This document shows, piece by piece, positions 36,359 through 48,756 of a stretch of 64,000 nt of DNA; position 1 is the first letter of the stretch, and each line of letters begins with the position of its first letter. This DNA is from Lingula anatina (Eukaryota; Animalia; Brachiopoda), in NCBI GenBank assembly GCA_051362555.1, contig CM120645.1, positions 16,368,001 to 16,432,000 of the forward strand, written 5' to 3'. The translations under genes and the position numbers were made by a program. Below the pieces are notes generated by a model. It saw nothing but the letters and a program-made list of their open reading frames with translations, was not told the origin of the DNA and searched no databases.

Positions 36359-37195
36359 AGCCTCGGTCACAACCGGTCGTACGGGCTCTTGCGGGTTGTT
36401 TGCGTCCAAATTTTGCGCAGAATTTCAAGTCCCACGCAGGTCCTTCTTACGAAATTTCGAGTTCGCAGACAGCCCGTATGCAAGTACGGAAATTGTTGGA
36501 CATGTCCAAAAGTTTTTACGAATAGCCTGCGAACAGCGGGGCTGCAAGCGTAACTTGCTCTCCTCGAACGGAGTTAGCAACAAAGACGCGCGTTGTGCAA
36601 GATGCACGCGCGTTGTGCAAGATGCACGTCACAATAAAGGAGCAAGTGCCATTTGCGTTTCGAGTAAGGCGCACGCCCTCATAACTAACGAACAAAGTCG
36701 ATAGCACACCGGGAATGCGTCGCACGTGCGTCACCCCCACACCTGGTGTATAAAAGGCGTGCTCACGACGCAAGCTCGTGTATTTATGAACGTCGACTGT
36801 GTAACATGTACAACAATTTTCAAATGTTTGCTCAATTTAGTTTCTAATATGCTTCCAAAAGGCAAGAGAAAGAAACTAACAAAGTAGAAAAAAGGGAGGA
36901 GGAAGAAGAAAGAAGAGGAGAACAGGAAGCAAAACTGACGTACGCCGTCAGTACGTCACCACAGACGTGTGAGGCAAGTGTGTCGAAGCAAAACTGACTC
37001 AAAAGGGAACTACTTACGCCGTGCGTTACATTCCCTTCGTAAGTGGTGAGTGTGTGCCACGTACACAGGAAGCAAGACAAACTCAAGAAATTAGTGCACT
37101 TTCTACGCCCATCGCTCCCTGCAATTAGGGTCCCTGCTTGAAAGGACATCTGATGTGGCCCTTGCGACTCGCAAGGCAGACTTGTGACCGAGGCT
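36359..37195 (-). mobile_element. Non-autonomous PIF/Harbinger element, copy B (inverted relative to A)
   Basis: TIR AGCCTCGGTCACAA / TTGTGACCGAGGCT, TSD TAA; reverse complement aligns along copy A. Confidence 0.85.
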
Positions 37196-39565
37196 TAATA
37201 TGGGGGGGGGGGGGGAGGTGAGGGGGCGGGGGGGTCATGTCAAAGGTACGTCACGAATACAAATATGTTTCAGACCGATTCATGAATACTTACCTTACGA
37301 ACCTTCACGCTAACCACTACACAGACGAGCTGGAGTTGCAAAGTTGCAACCACTTTTTGTCTGATATATGGCTCACCAGAAGGAATTCATATATATTTAT
37401 AATTGTATCATTTAACCGTATTATTGCGTATGGATAGGAATATTAAATAGCATGACTTACATTACTGTCATTGGTGTAACAGGAATAAGAGTCGGACAGT
37501 AATACAAGTTCTACTTACTTTAATTATAAGCCAAGAACCTAAGTCCCAGGAGGACTACAAATTCCAAGTCCGTAGGACCACGGTTCTTGGGGGAATTGGA
37601 TTACTGATACACCGGGACTAGTTGGACCCCCTGACGTCAATTGTGTTTTTCTATTAAATTGTGAGCCATCTGGCACTATATTTGAAAAATAATGACGTTG
37701 CCTAGTTCATAGTGCTTACTTTGAAACCGGTTTTGTTACTCTAGCTAACTCATTCTTAGTTGGCTTTACAAGGCCAAAAGTGTCTAACTGGGCCAACTAG
37801 CCTGGTCTCTCCTATCCATTGTTTTGTCAGACTGCATTATCCATGTGCAAATAGGGTCTTTTGGTAATTCGTATTTAAGTAAATTGAACAGAATCAAGTA
37901 CAAAACTTACCTTTACTGGACAGGTAATGGGTAAAAACGAAGAATGAAGGGAGTTCACGATGTAATTCTTTTCGGCGAAGAGACTGTCTTCCAAGAATTT
38001 GCGACTTCCATTAAATCGACCCCCAGATCAGCTGCCATCATTTGTATAACAAAAATCTAGGCAAAGTTGTTTTTTGCAGCTGCACATCCAGGTGTGCATA
38101 CGGCGTTTAAATACAAGTTTATTTTTCCAAACGTTTGAAAGGGTGTTCAAATGCTTTGAGATCAATTGCATCAAAAGGGCCACTCAATGGGATTCCCTAT
38201 AAAAATGATTAGGTATTCTAAAGACTAGCTAATATTTTCTGCACTAACGCTCCTTGTGCAGTATTTCATTTCTGTTCTTCCAGCGTAGATATCAAAATTG
38301 TCAAATTGAATGGTTAACGCCTGGATAACTTAAGACGCTCTCTTTATTGTGTTTAGTTTCATTGACCCATCAAGGTGACAGCCAAGTCGGTCTCTTTGTC
38401 GCCTTGGTTATCACTGAACACAGAAGATTATTCTGTTATCCAAATGAACGCACGTGAAACAGTAAACAAGAAGTTTCTGGTAAAAGCTAACAAAATCCTT
38501 CAGTGGTAGTGCGTGTTACTGTCACAAGATCGTTCGTTCATTAGAATGCAAACAACTTAGGGGAGAAATATTGTCTTTTACTTTTGGACCTATCGTCCCT
38601 ATTGGATACGGTGCATCTTCATGTACTTACAGTGTACATATACTGTTGTCATGCCTTGAATATAGTATAGGGTTAAAAAATATAAGGCGTTTAACCTAAA
38701 TTGTTTTTTATCAAATGAGTTAATATCATGAGTTATTTTATTTGAAATACTTAGAACACGACAGAATTTCCCCTTTTTAACCTATGCGTTGCATTACAAC
38801 AGCCCAGACGGTCACTCCCACCATCAGTTTAAGGGCAAACAGGCAAAAATTAGCACTTATCATTTATATTATCGTAAACATTCTAAATAAAAATTGGCTA
38901 AGGATCTGTGTTGACTGTCGATTATCTGCGTTCAGTCTATTTTTGCAAGGAATGGGGTTTACCCATTTATAGATCCTGTCATTTATACAAAATATGATTT
39001 ATATGACGTGACTTTACATTTGAACCGAAAAACCTGCCCAAAATTTCCATTGTTTTGTCAGTCCACTTTATCCAAGTGAAATTATGGTCACTTGGTAATT
39101 CGTATCTCAGTAAATATAACAGGACCATGCATAAAACTTACCTTTCCTGGGCAAAAGTGGGTTAAAACGAAGGATAAATGAACTCCATCACATAATTCTT
39201 TTTGGCGGATAGACTGTCTTCGAACGTGCGACTTCCATTAAAGCAGCCCCCAGATCAGCTGCCATCATTTGTGTAACAATAACGTAGGTCAAAGTAGCTT
39301 TTGCAACGGCATATCCAGGGTGCTTTAAAATATGGAAATATATATCTGTTTTGTTCACTGTGGGCGTTGTCGTTGTCGAGAAAGAGGGATCTGCGGAGGG
39401 AACAACATTACCAAAGTTTGCTACCGTATCGACGATACCTTGCCTTAGCGTCTAAAAACAGGATCCGTTCAGCTTTTGTTTTAGTTACCAACAAACAGGT
39501 GAGTGTACGCGCCACAGGCATCAAAATGGCTTTGATTTAGAAGGGTTTGTGGGCATAATTCGTCG

Positions 39566-39566
<1 letters not shown>

Positions 39567-39633
<67 letters not shown>
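39567..39633. repeat. (TA)n microsatellite
   Basis: Direct reading. Confidence 0.95.
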
Positions 39634-39637
<4 letters not shown>

Positions 39638-41376
39638 TTGTTTAGCCTCCCTTACACCGTTTTCCTTTATAATTGAAATCTTAATTGACATCTCAGGGGT
39701 ATTGTTATCCTTTATCATCATCCAGAAATCGAAAAAAGTGAGGATATTTGCTGTATCTAATCGTTCAATATTGTTCAAAAATATCTTTTTTTGCTGATTA
39801 CTGTTTCTACCCTCTTTCTATATTAATTTTTTACGCACGAAGTCAGCGTTTTTGTTGCGCAACCTGCTATAAATGAATAACGTACATGCGTAGTATCGTT
39901 TATATAATCTTTTTATTTGGAAAGAGAAGCCTGCTCGGATTTTCCTTATTTGTCAGAATGTGTTATCCGCGTGCAAATAGGATCGCTGGTTATCTCGAAT
40001 TTCAGTCAATATCGCAGAATTAGGCATAAAACTTACCTTCACTGATTTACATGACGTGACTTTTAATGTGAACATTTAAGCTGTTAAAAAGCCTGCTAAG
40101 AAATTTCAATATTTTTTTGTCAGACTGCGTTATCCACGTGCAAATAGGGTCACTATATATTTCATTTTTCATTCAATAGAATTAGGTATAAAACTTCCTT
40201 TTTTTGGACAAAATATGGCTTACAACGAAGGATAAATGAACTCCACGTTGTAATTCTTTTCGGCGAAGAGACTATCTTCCAAGAATGTGGGAATTCCATT
40301 AAATCAACCCCTAGATCAGCTGCCATCATTTGTATAACAATAACCTAGGCAAAGTTGTTTTTTGCAACTGCACATCCAGGTGTGCACACAGCATGTAAAG
40401 ACAAGTTTATTTTTCCAGGCGTATGAAAGGGTGTTAGCATGCTTTGAGATCAATTGCATCAAAAGGGCCACTCTATGGGATTCACTGTCAAAATAATGTG
40501 GTATTCTCAAGACTAGCACAAAAGTCTGCTATAACGCTCCTGATACAGTATATTATGGCTGTTCTACCAGCGTGAATATCAAAATCGTCAAACAGAAGGG
40601 TTAACGCATGAATAACTTAAGACGCTCTTTCTTGTGTTTAGTTTCATTAACCCATCAATGTGACAGCCAAGTCGGTCTCTTTGTCGCCTTGGTTATCACT
40701 GAACACAGAAGATTATTCTGTTATCCAAATGAATGCACGTGAAACAGTAAACAAGGAGTTTTGGGTAAAAGCTAACAAAATTCTTCAGTGGTAGTGCGTG
40801 TGACTGTCAGAAGATCGTTCGTTCATTTGAATGCAAACAACTTAGGGGAGAAATATTGTCTCTAACTTTTGGACCTGTCATCCCCATTGGATACGGTGCA
40901 TCTTCATGTACTTACAGTGTACATTTACTGTTGTCATGCCTTGAATATAGTACAGGGATAGAAAATATAAGGCGTTTAACCTAAATTGTTTTTTATCAAA
41001 TGAGTTAATATCATGAGTTCTTTTTTTTAATACTTCGAACACGACGGAATTTCCCTTTTTAACCTATGCGTTGCATTACAACAGCCCAGACGGTCACTCC
41101 CACCATCAGTTTAAGGGCAAACAGGCAAAAATTAGCACTTACCATTTATATTATCGTAAACATTCTAAATAAAAATTGGCTAAGGATCTGTGTTGACTGT
41201 CGATTATCTGCGTTCAGTCTTTTTTTGCAAGGAATGGGGTTTATCCATTTATAGATCCCGTCATTTACACACGATATGATTTACATGAAGTGACTTTTCA
41301 TTTGAACTGAAAAACCTGCTCAAAATTTCCATTGTTTTGTCAGTCCACTTTATCCAAGTGAAATTATGGTCACTTG

Positions 41377-42444
41377 CATGGCCAGAAATGCGCAGCATTC
41401 ACGCGATACGCGAGGGCGCTACAGTAGGGCTTCACGTGACTCAACTAGCCAATCGGAGCACAACAATGGCATCGCACACAGACTTTGTGATAAGTGCTCA
41501 GCCCATTGTCAAGTAGTGTTAGTTCATGGTAACAAGCGTCTGACATGTGCAGAGAAGTTTATTGTAATATATATTGTTCTTATTGTTACATTATTAAATC
41601 TAACTCTGTATCCAAGTAGTTACTATACTGTACCAAGTCAGGTACTGATGATGTGCAGAGGTCATATATTCCAGAATATTTATAACTAATTTATAACTTA
41701 AATTTTGTTTAATATGTTATTCATCAAAGAATTCATGAAAGATTATTTTAATTTGTTAAATCGTGATCTTATTCTTTTTATATACAAATAAATGAATAAT
41801 TTGGGTAAAATTGGTCTTCCACTTATTTTTTTGCTTTTTCCCTTTACTACAAGATTAGTTTGGAACAGTTGCAGCATTAAAATTTAAAATAAATAGCAAT
41901 CTGAAAGAAGAATTTTGCATTATAAAATGATGATATGAATTTTGGATTAAGAGATTAGTTAAATACTGAGTAGTGATATTGTCAGTCAATTTATGTAGAA
42001 TCTGATAGTATGATTGAAAATACTGATTGAATTCTTGGCCTTGCACTGGGCCGTTTCACATTTGTGCCAAGTGCTTTTTTTGGACTCCATTGTACAGTGA
42101 AAGACGTGCTTCAATTGCCATGAAAGTTTTTAATCAGACTCTGTATGGTGCTGCTATCTGCTGGAGCTATCGGCAACAAATTAGTTTGCCTTTGTTTCTG
42201 AGTGAATCTACCGTCTAAAATCACTATTTCTGAAAATACGTGCGTTTTGCTGAGGGTAGGCTTGGCAATACACGGCAAACTTCTTAGCTGTCTATCGGCA
42301 TCAGGTCGTTAGTTTGTCAATGATCACGAATTTCCCACGAATCGCGAACCCATTCATTTCCCTATGGCAATCTAGCAACTCATTAAAAGCGCACGCATGC
42401 GCAGTGGGCTAAGCGTGACGTCATACAGTGCATTTCTGGGGATG
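41377..42444. mobile_element. 1.07-kb TIR element inserted into the duplication array
   Basis: Interrupts GGTCACTTG^GTAATTCG, which is intact in sibling units; imperfect TIR CATGGCCAGAAATGC / GCATTTCTGGGGATG. Confidence 0.75.
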
Positions 42445-44516
42445 GTAATTCGTATTTAAGTAAATATAACAGAATCATGCATAAAGCCTACCTTTTCTGG
42501 ACAAAAGTGGGTTAAAACGAAGGATAAATGAACTCCATCATGTGATTCTTTTTGGCACAGAGACTGTCTTCCAAGAATGTGGGACTTCCATTAAATCAAC
42601 CCCTAGATCAGCTGCCATCATTTGTATAACAATAACCTGGGCAAAGCTGTTTTTTGCAATTGCACATCCAGGTGTGCACACAGCATGTAAAGACAAGTTT
42701 ATTTTTCCAAGCGTATGAAAGGGTGTTAGCATGCTTTGAGATCAATTGCATCAAAAGGGCCACTCTATGGGATTCACTGTCAAAATAATGTGGTATTCTC
42801 AAGACTAGCACAAAAGTCTGCTATAACGCTCCTGATCGTCAAACAGAAGGGTTAACGCATGAATAACTTAAGACGCTCTCTCTTGTGTTTAGTTTCATTG
42901 ACCCATCAAGGTGACAGCCAAGTCGGTCTCTTTGTCGCCTTGGTTATCACTGAACACAGAAGATTATTCTGTTATCCAAATGAATGCACGTGAAATAGTA
43001 AACAAGGAGTTTTTGGTAAAAGCTAACAAAATTCTTCAGTGGTAGTGCGTATTACTGTCAGAAGATCGTTTGTTCATTTGAATGCAAACAACTTAGGGGA
43101 GATATTTGTCTCTAACTTACACACGATATGATTTACATGAAGTGGCTTTTCATTTGAACCGAAAAACCTGCTCAAAAATGCCATTGTTTTGTCAGTCCAC
43201 TTTATCCAAGTGAAATTATGGTCACTTGGTAATTAGTATTTCAGTAAATATAACAGAATCATGCATAAAACCTACCTTTTCTGCACAAAAATGGGTTAAA
43301 ACGAAGGATAAATGAACTCCATCATTTGATTCTTTTTGGAAGAGAGACTGTCTTCCAAGAATGTGCGACCTCCATTAAATCAGCCCCCAGATCAGCTGCC
43401 ATCATTTGTGTAACAATAACGTAGGTCAAAGTAGCTTTTGCAACGGCATATCCAGGGTGCTTTAAAATATGGAAATATATATCTATTTTGTTCACTGTGG
43501 GCGTTTTCGTTGTCGAGAAAGAGGGATCTGCGGAGGGAACAACATTACCAAGTTGTGCTGCCTTATAGCGTCTAAAAACAGGATCTGTTCAGCTTTTGTT
43601 TTAGTTACCAACAGGCAGGTGAGTGTACGCGTCTCATGCATCAAAATTGCTTTGATTTAGAGGGGTTTGTAGGCATATTTCGTCGCTTATATACATGCCT
43701 CATATCGTTTTCTTTTAATTTACATCTCAAGGGTGTTGTAAGCCTTTAATCATCATCCACAAACCGAAAAAATGAGGATATTTCCTGTATCTAATTGTTC
43801 AACAATCCAAGTATCTTTGTGTTGATTTAAAACTTTATAAACCCCCTCATGTGGTCGGCTCATGCCGTGGTTAAACTACCTCTTATCAAAATAACACGAT
43901 CCAAGGCTGGGCCCCTGGGGCCGTATGTTTTGACAGTGCCCCTAGTTAAAAGCTTTGATATTGTTTGCGGGACGCTCGAGATTGAAAAATAATGCTGTGA
44001 TTTCCTTGGATAATTTTTTTTTCACGTGTGTGTGACGGAATGATTAGATGTTTCATTTTTTTTTTATATTTTATGTGATAAAATAACTGTTCGTAGCCGT
44101 GTACAGTCTACTACTTTTTACTTGCGTGTTGTGAGGCGTACGTCTCACCTCAGCGTGGTGTGGAAAGAGGCGTCTCACCTCTTTATGATTTTCAAATGGT
44201 TGTACGGGTGACGTACAGCCTAGTGGGGAAGGGGGTTGACTTGTTACAGAAAACGCTTTTCGGTTACAAGTGACCTTCATCAGCTGCAGAGTCCGAATGA
44301 TAGGGGGTGTGAAGGGGGTAGTTAGTGATCAGTGCTGTGTTCAAAACAGTGGTTGGCACATGGGGAAAAACCAATTTTTCAACTAGAGGATCAGAGAGGC
44401 GATACCACCTCCGAATATTGTACCACCAACTGGAGTAAGCGCGATCGTATAGACACACACACAAAAAAAAGGGACACCACCACCAGTCTTATGCTTGACA
44501 AGCTGTAAAAAATGCA

Positions 44517-47497
44517 ATCAACAAGAATTCTCAAAATATGCAAAAAATATATATAACTAAAAATGGTACAATCAAAGTTCAGTTCATAGTGAGGTAGGCC
44601 AAAGGTCAATTCAAGGTCACAGTAAATGCCAAGTATATGACTTCCTTTTCAAGTTCAATAGCAACTATGGGCCTATCTCTGCCAGTTTTGGAGATAAAAG
44701 GGAACCAAAATTTGCAAATTTCAATTCATGATGAAAAGTAGGTCAAAGGTCAATTTCAAGATCACATTTAGATTGCCACTATATGACTTCCTATTTAAGT
44801 TCAATAGCAACTATGGGCCTATCCCTGCCAGTTTTGGAGATAAAAGGGAACCAAAACTTGTTAACTTCGATTCATGATTAAAAGTAGGTCAAAGGTCAAT
44901 TTCAAGGTCACACTTAGATTGCCAGTATATGACTTCCTATTCAAATTCAATAGTAACTATGGGCGTATCTTTGCCATTTTTAGAGATAAAAGGGAACCAA
45001 AATTTGTAAAGTTAAGTTCATGGTAAAAAGTAGGCCAAAGGTTAATTTCAAGGTCACACTTAGATTGCCTCTAATGACTTCTATTCAAATTCAATAGTTA
45101 CTATGGGCGTATTTTTGCCAGTTTTGGAGATAGAGGGAACCGAAATTTGCAATGTTAAGTTCATGGTGAAAAGTAGGTGAAAGTCAATTTTAAGGCCACA
45201 GTAATTTGACTTTAATGACTTCATATTCAAATTCAATAGTAACTGTGGACCTATCTCTGCTAGTTTTGGAGATAATTTGGACGAAAAGTTGCAAAGTTCA
45301 ATTCATGATGAAAAGTAGGTCAAAGGTCAATTTAAAGGTCACATTAGATTGCCCGTATATGACTTCCTATTCAAGTTCAATAGTAACTATGGACCTATCT
45401 CTGCCAGTTTTGGAGATAGAAGGGAAAAAATGTGTAAATTTCAGTTTATGGTGTAAAGTAGGTCAAAGGTGAATTTCAAGGTCACATTTAGATTGCCTCT
45501 AATGACTTTTATTCAAATTCGATAGTTACTATAAGCGTATATTTGCCATTTTTGGAGATATAAGGGAACCAAAATTTGCAATGATAAGTTCATGGTAAAA
45601 AGTAGGTCAAAGATCAATTTAAAGGTCACAGTAAATCGACTTTAATGACTTCATATTCAAATTCAATAATAACTATGGACATATCATTGCCAGTCTTGCA
45701 GATAAAAGGGAACGAAAATTTGCGAAGTTCAATTCATGATAAAAAGTAGGTCAAAGGTCAATTTCAAGGTCACATTTAGATTGCCAGTATATGACTTCCT
45801 ATTCAAGTTCAATAGTAACTATGGACCTATCTCTGCTAGTTTTGGAGATAAAAGGGAACAAAATTTGCAAATTTCAGTTCATGGTTATAAGTAGGTCAAA
45901 GGTCAAATTTAAGGTCACATTTAGATTGCCAGTATATGGATTACTATTCAAGTTCAATAGTAACTATGGGCATATCTCTGCCAGTTTTGAAAATAAAAGC
46001 ATTAAAAATTACAAAGTTCATGGGGTAAAGTAGGTCAAAGGTCAATTTCAAGGTCACATTTAGAGTACATGACTTCCTATTCAAGTTCAATAGTAACTAT
46101 GGACCTATCTCTGCCAGTTTTGGAGATAAAAGGGGACCAAAATTTGCAAAGCTCAATTCTTGATGAAAAGTAGGCCAAAGCTCAATTTTAAGGTCACATT
46201 TAGATTGCCAGTATATGACTTCCTATTCAAGTTCAATAGTAACTATGGACCTATCTCTGCTAGTTTTGAAAATAAAAGCATTAAAAAATTGCAAAGTTCA
46301 GTTTATGGTGTAAAGTAGGTCAAAGGTCAATTTCAAGGTCACATTAAGATTGCCAGTATATGACTTCCTATTCAAGTTCAATAGTAACTATGGACCTATC
46401 TCTGCTAGTTTTGAAAATAAAAGCATTAAAAAATTGCAAAGTTCAGTTTATGGTGTAAAGTAGGTCAAAGGTCAATTTTAAGGTCACATTTAGATTGCCA
46501 GTATATGACTTCCTATTCAAGTTCAATAGTGACTATGGACCTATCTCTGCCAGTTTTGGAGATATAAGGGACTAAATTTTATAATTTTGGTCATTTTAAA
46601 AGGTCATTTTGGTCAAAATTATTCAAATGGGAGGTGCTCTGTAGTTCCAGATGTTCAAATTTGATAAAATAATGTCATTTTTGACCACAAGTTGTCTGCC
46701 TCGCCAATCCTTATGTTTTATTTTTCTGGGGTTCAAAATTTATTATCCATTACCGTACTGTACATTTTGCTTTCACCACCAATATGTAATTTTATGATAC
46801 AGCGTAACTCGAATACTGTATGGAATACAAAAAAACATGCTTTACATGCTCTACAAAATGCAAAAAAGAATGGGTCTCTAGCATTAACGGTTCCCGAATT
46901 AGAGACAGTTTTTAGTTTCTGTATCTTATGGCCGCTACTCCCGTGAAAATGCACCGATTGACCCCAAATTCACGGGGATGAAAGATGACCCGAAGGGTAA
47001 CACTTTCCAGTAATATTATTGGTAAAGTCTGTGTGGTGTCTGAATAAGAGCGCAAATAATTTTTTTTCGTAAAAAAATTCGTTTTTTTGAAAATTTTGGC
47101 CCGTTTGGCCTTGAAATAAAGGTCAAAGGTCAAATCCAAAGGCATATTAGAAATCTACACATATGACTTTTGGAAAGCTGTCTGTAGAAAATTTTCCCAT
47201 AATTCCTTCCGTAGGGTAGATAATTAGCATTTAATTTTGCCATTTTTGGACAAGGGTGCATTGCAATGAGTGCCACACCTAAACCCCAATACCGACAAAG
47301 CCCAAATTTTACGTGGAACGAGTTGAGATTATAGGTGACCTAAATCCAAGAGATGGGTTAGAGGCCCTTACCGTCTAGGAGGAGAAGCGGTAACGGTAAC
47401 TTGTCGGCGGAGCCGGGGGAGCCGGCGGAGCCGGCGGAACGATCTGGTCGGGACTAAAAACATGTGTACCGCCAGCGCTAACGCTGGTGGTACAATA
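44517..47497 (+). mobile_element. Helentron/HINE-like non-autonomous element carrying a satellite array
   Basis: Starts near AACAAG, contains an internal tandem array and GGCGGAGCC short repeats, and ends in the hairpin TGTACCGCCAGCG-CTAA-CGCTGGTGGTACA plus ATAAA. Confidence 0.6.
44590..46575. repeat. Satellite array, ~144-bp unit, 14 copies
   Basis: AAGTAGG-type anchor at ~44593, 44736, 44882, 45028, 45171, 45313, 45456, 45600, 45744, 45889, 46028, 46168, 46313 and 46458. Confidence 0.95.
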
Positions 47498-48289
47498 AAG
47501 ATGCTGGCCTTTGTGAGTGTGCGTCTGCTTGGGCAGATTGCAAGTGCACTTATGTGCAAGGACGTATAGTCTTGGCAAGGGTGTCTCGCCTTTGTGTGTA
47601 TCTGCTAGGCAAATCACAGTGAAGGAGTACGTTCACAAATGTCTCGCTTGTGACGATTTGGTAATTCTACAAAGGTATCTCGCTTTTGTGGTTGTGTTGC
47701 TTACCGATAGTGACATGTAGTAAGGTGGTGAGGACAGTCACATGCGTGTCACTATTCTGAGCCAGGGAGCTCAGACAGCGAGGTGTTGATTGCTTAAATG
47801 TCGAGGTAGAACACCGGCCTCGTTCTCGCATATGACACAGTTTTTTTTTTTTTTTCAAATCCACAGTCGCCCTCCGGCTCTTGAGCCGCTGACACGTTCA
47901 ATTCATACCGTCCAGCTAGTATCCCAGTTGTTTTAGAGGAGAACACCTTAACATGATACAGCAACTTAGACTGAACGGTGATTTTGGATACCCATTCTAC
48001 TTGACGCAAGCGAGACACTTGTGATCAAGCATGCTAGGGCTACTATGAATGCGGGATGGCTCGCATCATTCACAAAGGCGAGACAGCTTCGCTTACCGAG
48101 CACCTTATTCCCATTTTTTTATCTTGGACTTGCAGCTGATAAAGGCCACTTGTTGACGGAAAAGCGCTCTCTGCAACAAGTCCACCCTCCCTCTTCCCCC
48201 GACAGGCAGTGCCGCTACTCTGCTTTGTCCACCACGATCAGTGGTCAGACGCCTTAATCGTACCAATCACGGAAAGAAATACGAATTCC

Positions 48290-48756
48290 CGACAGAATAG
48301 CCTTGTTCTAGAGTGTCCGCCTCCGAGGCGGGAGGACGTGGGTTTGACCCCGTCCTGGGACATACCAGGTGTTTATAAACGGTACCTGATGTCTCCCTGT
48401 TTGGCACTTAGCACTAAAGGGCTGAAGCAGGTTTCTGGCCTGCCAGTGGAAAAGTGGTACGTTTGCTAGCTTTGAGTGACTAATACAGCAGCCGGGCAGT
48501 ATCCTCCCCAGGAGTCTAGAGCGCCAACTTATAGTGTGCAACAGGACCAATCTTCTTTTGAATTTTGAATTAAGTAAATGTATGTACACTATAGCTAATA
48601 AGTCCCCGGTCACTTAAATAGCACACGCTGTCTACATCAGACGCGCTAATGCGCACGTCCCCGACAGTGTTAATGATAGGGGGATTACGATGGACAGCGC
48701 ATGTTGCTCACAGCAGTAGGCACTGCCGCCGAAGTTAAACCGGTAATTAAGTCTTT
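48290..48756 (+). mobile_element. tRNA-derived SINE
   Basis: tRNA-like head with A-box-like TAGCCTTGTTCTAG and B-box-like GGTTTGACCCC, followed by a CATACCAGG...AAACGGTACC...TTGGCACTTAGCAC core resembling molluscan SINE cores; tail GTTAAAC. Confidence 0.65.

Larger units (their letters stand above)
37815..43810. repeat. Local segmental duplication array (A-B-A'-A''-B') sharing a ~250-bp core
   Basis: Core ...GACTGTCTTCCAAGAA...CAGATCAGCTGCCATCATTTG at ~37980, 39212, 40270, 42562 and 43346; duplicated ORF-track peptides (MRCITTAQ..., MLVLRIPHY...). Confidence 0.9.

Noticed and set aside
37903-37925. ACTTACCT at the start of repeated units resembling the U1 snRNA 5' end
   Set aside because: The downstream sequence does not follow U1 (no GGCAGGGGAGATACCATG, no Sm site); it is better explained as the reverse complement of a splice donor.
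35721-39797. IYIYIY-rich ORFs (also 17093-17326)
   Set aside because: They are translations of (TA)n microsatellites.
44590-46575. Regularly spaced repeats as a CRISPR array
   Set aside because: Whole units are homologous with no unique spacers, no cas genes are present, and the context is eukaryotic.
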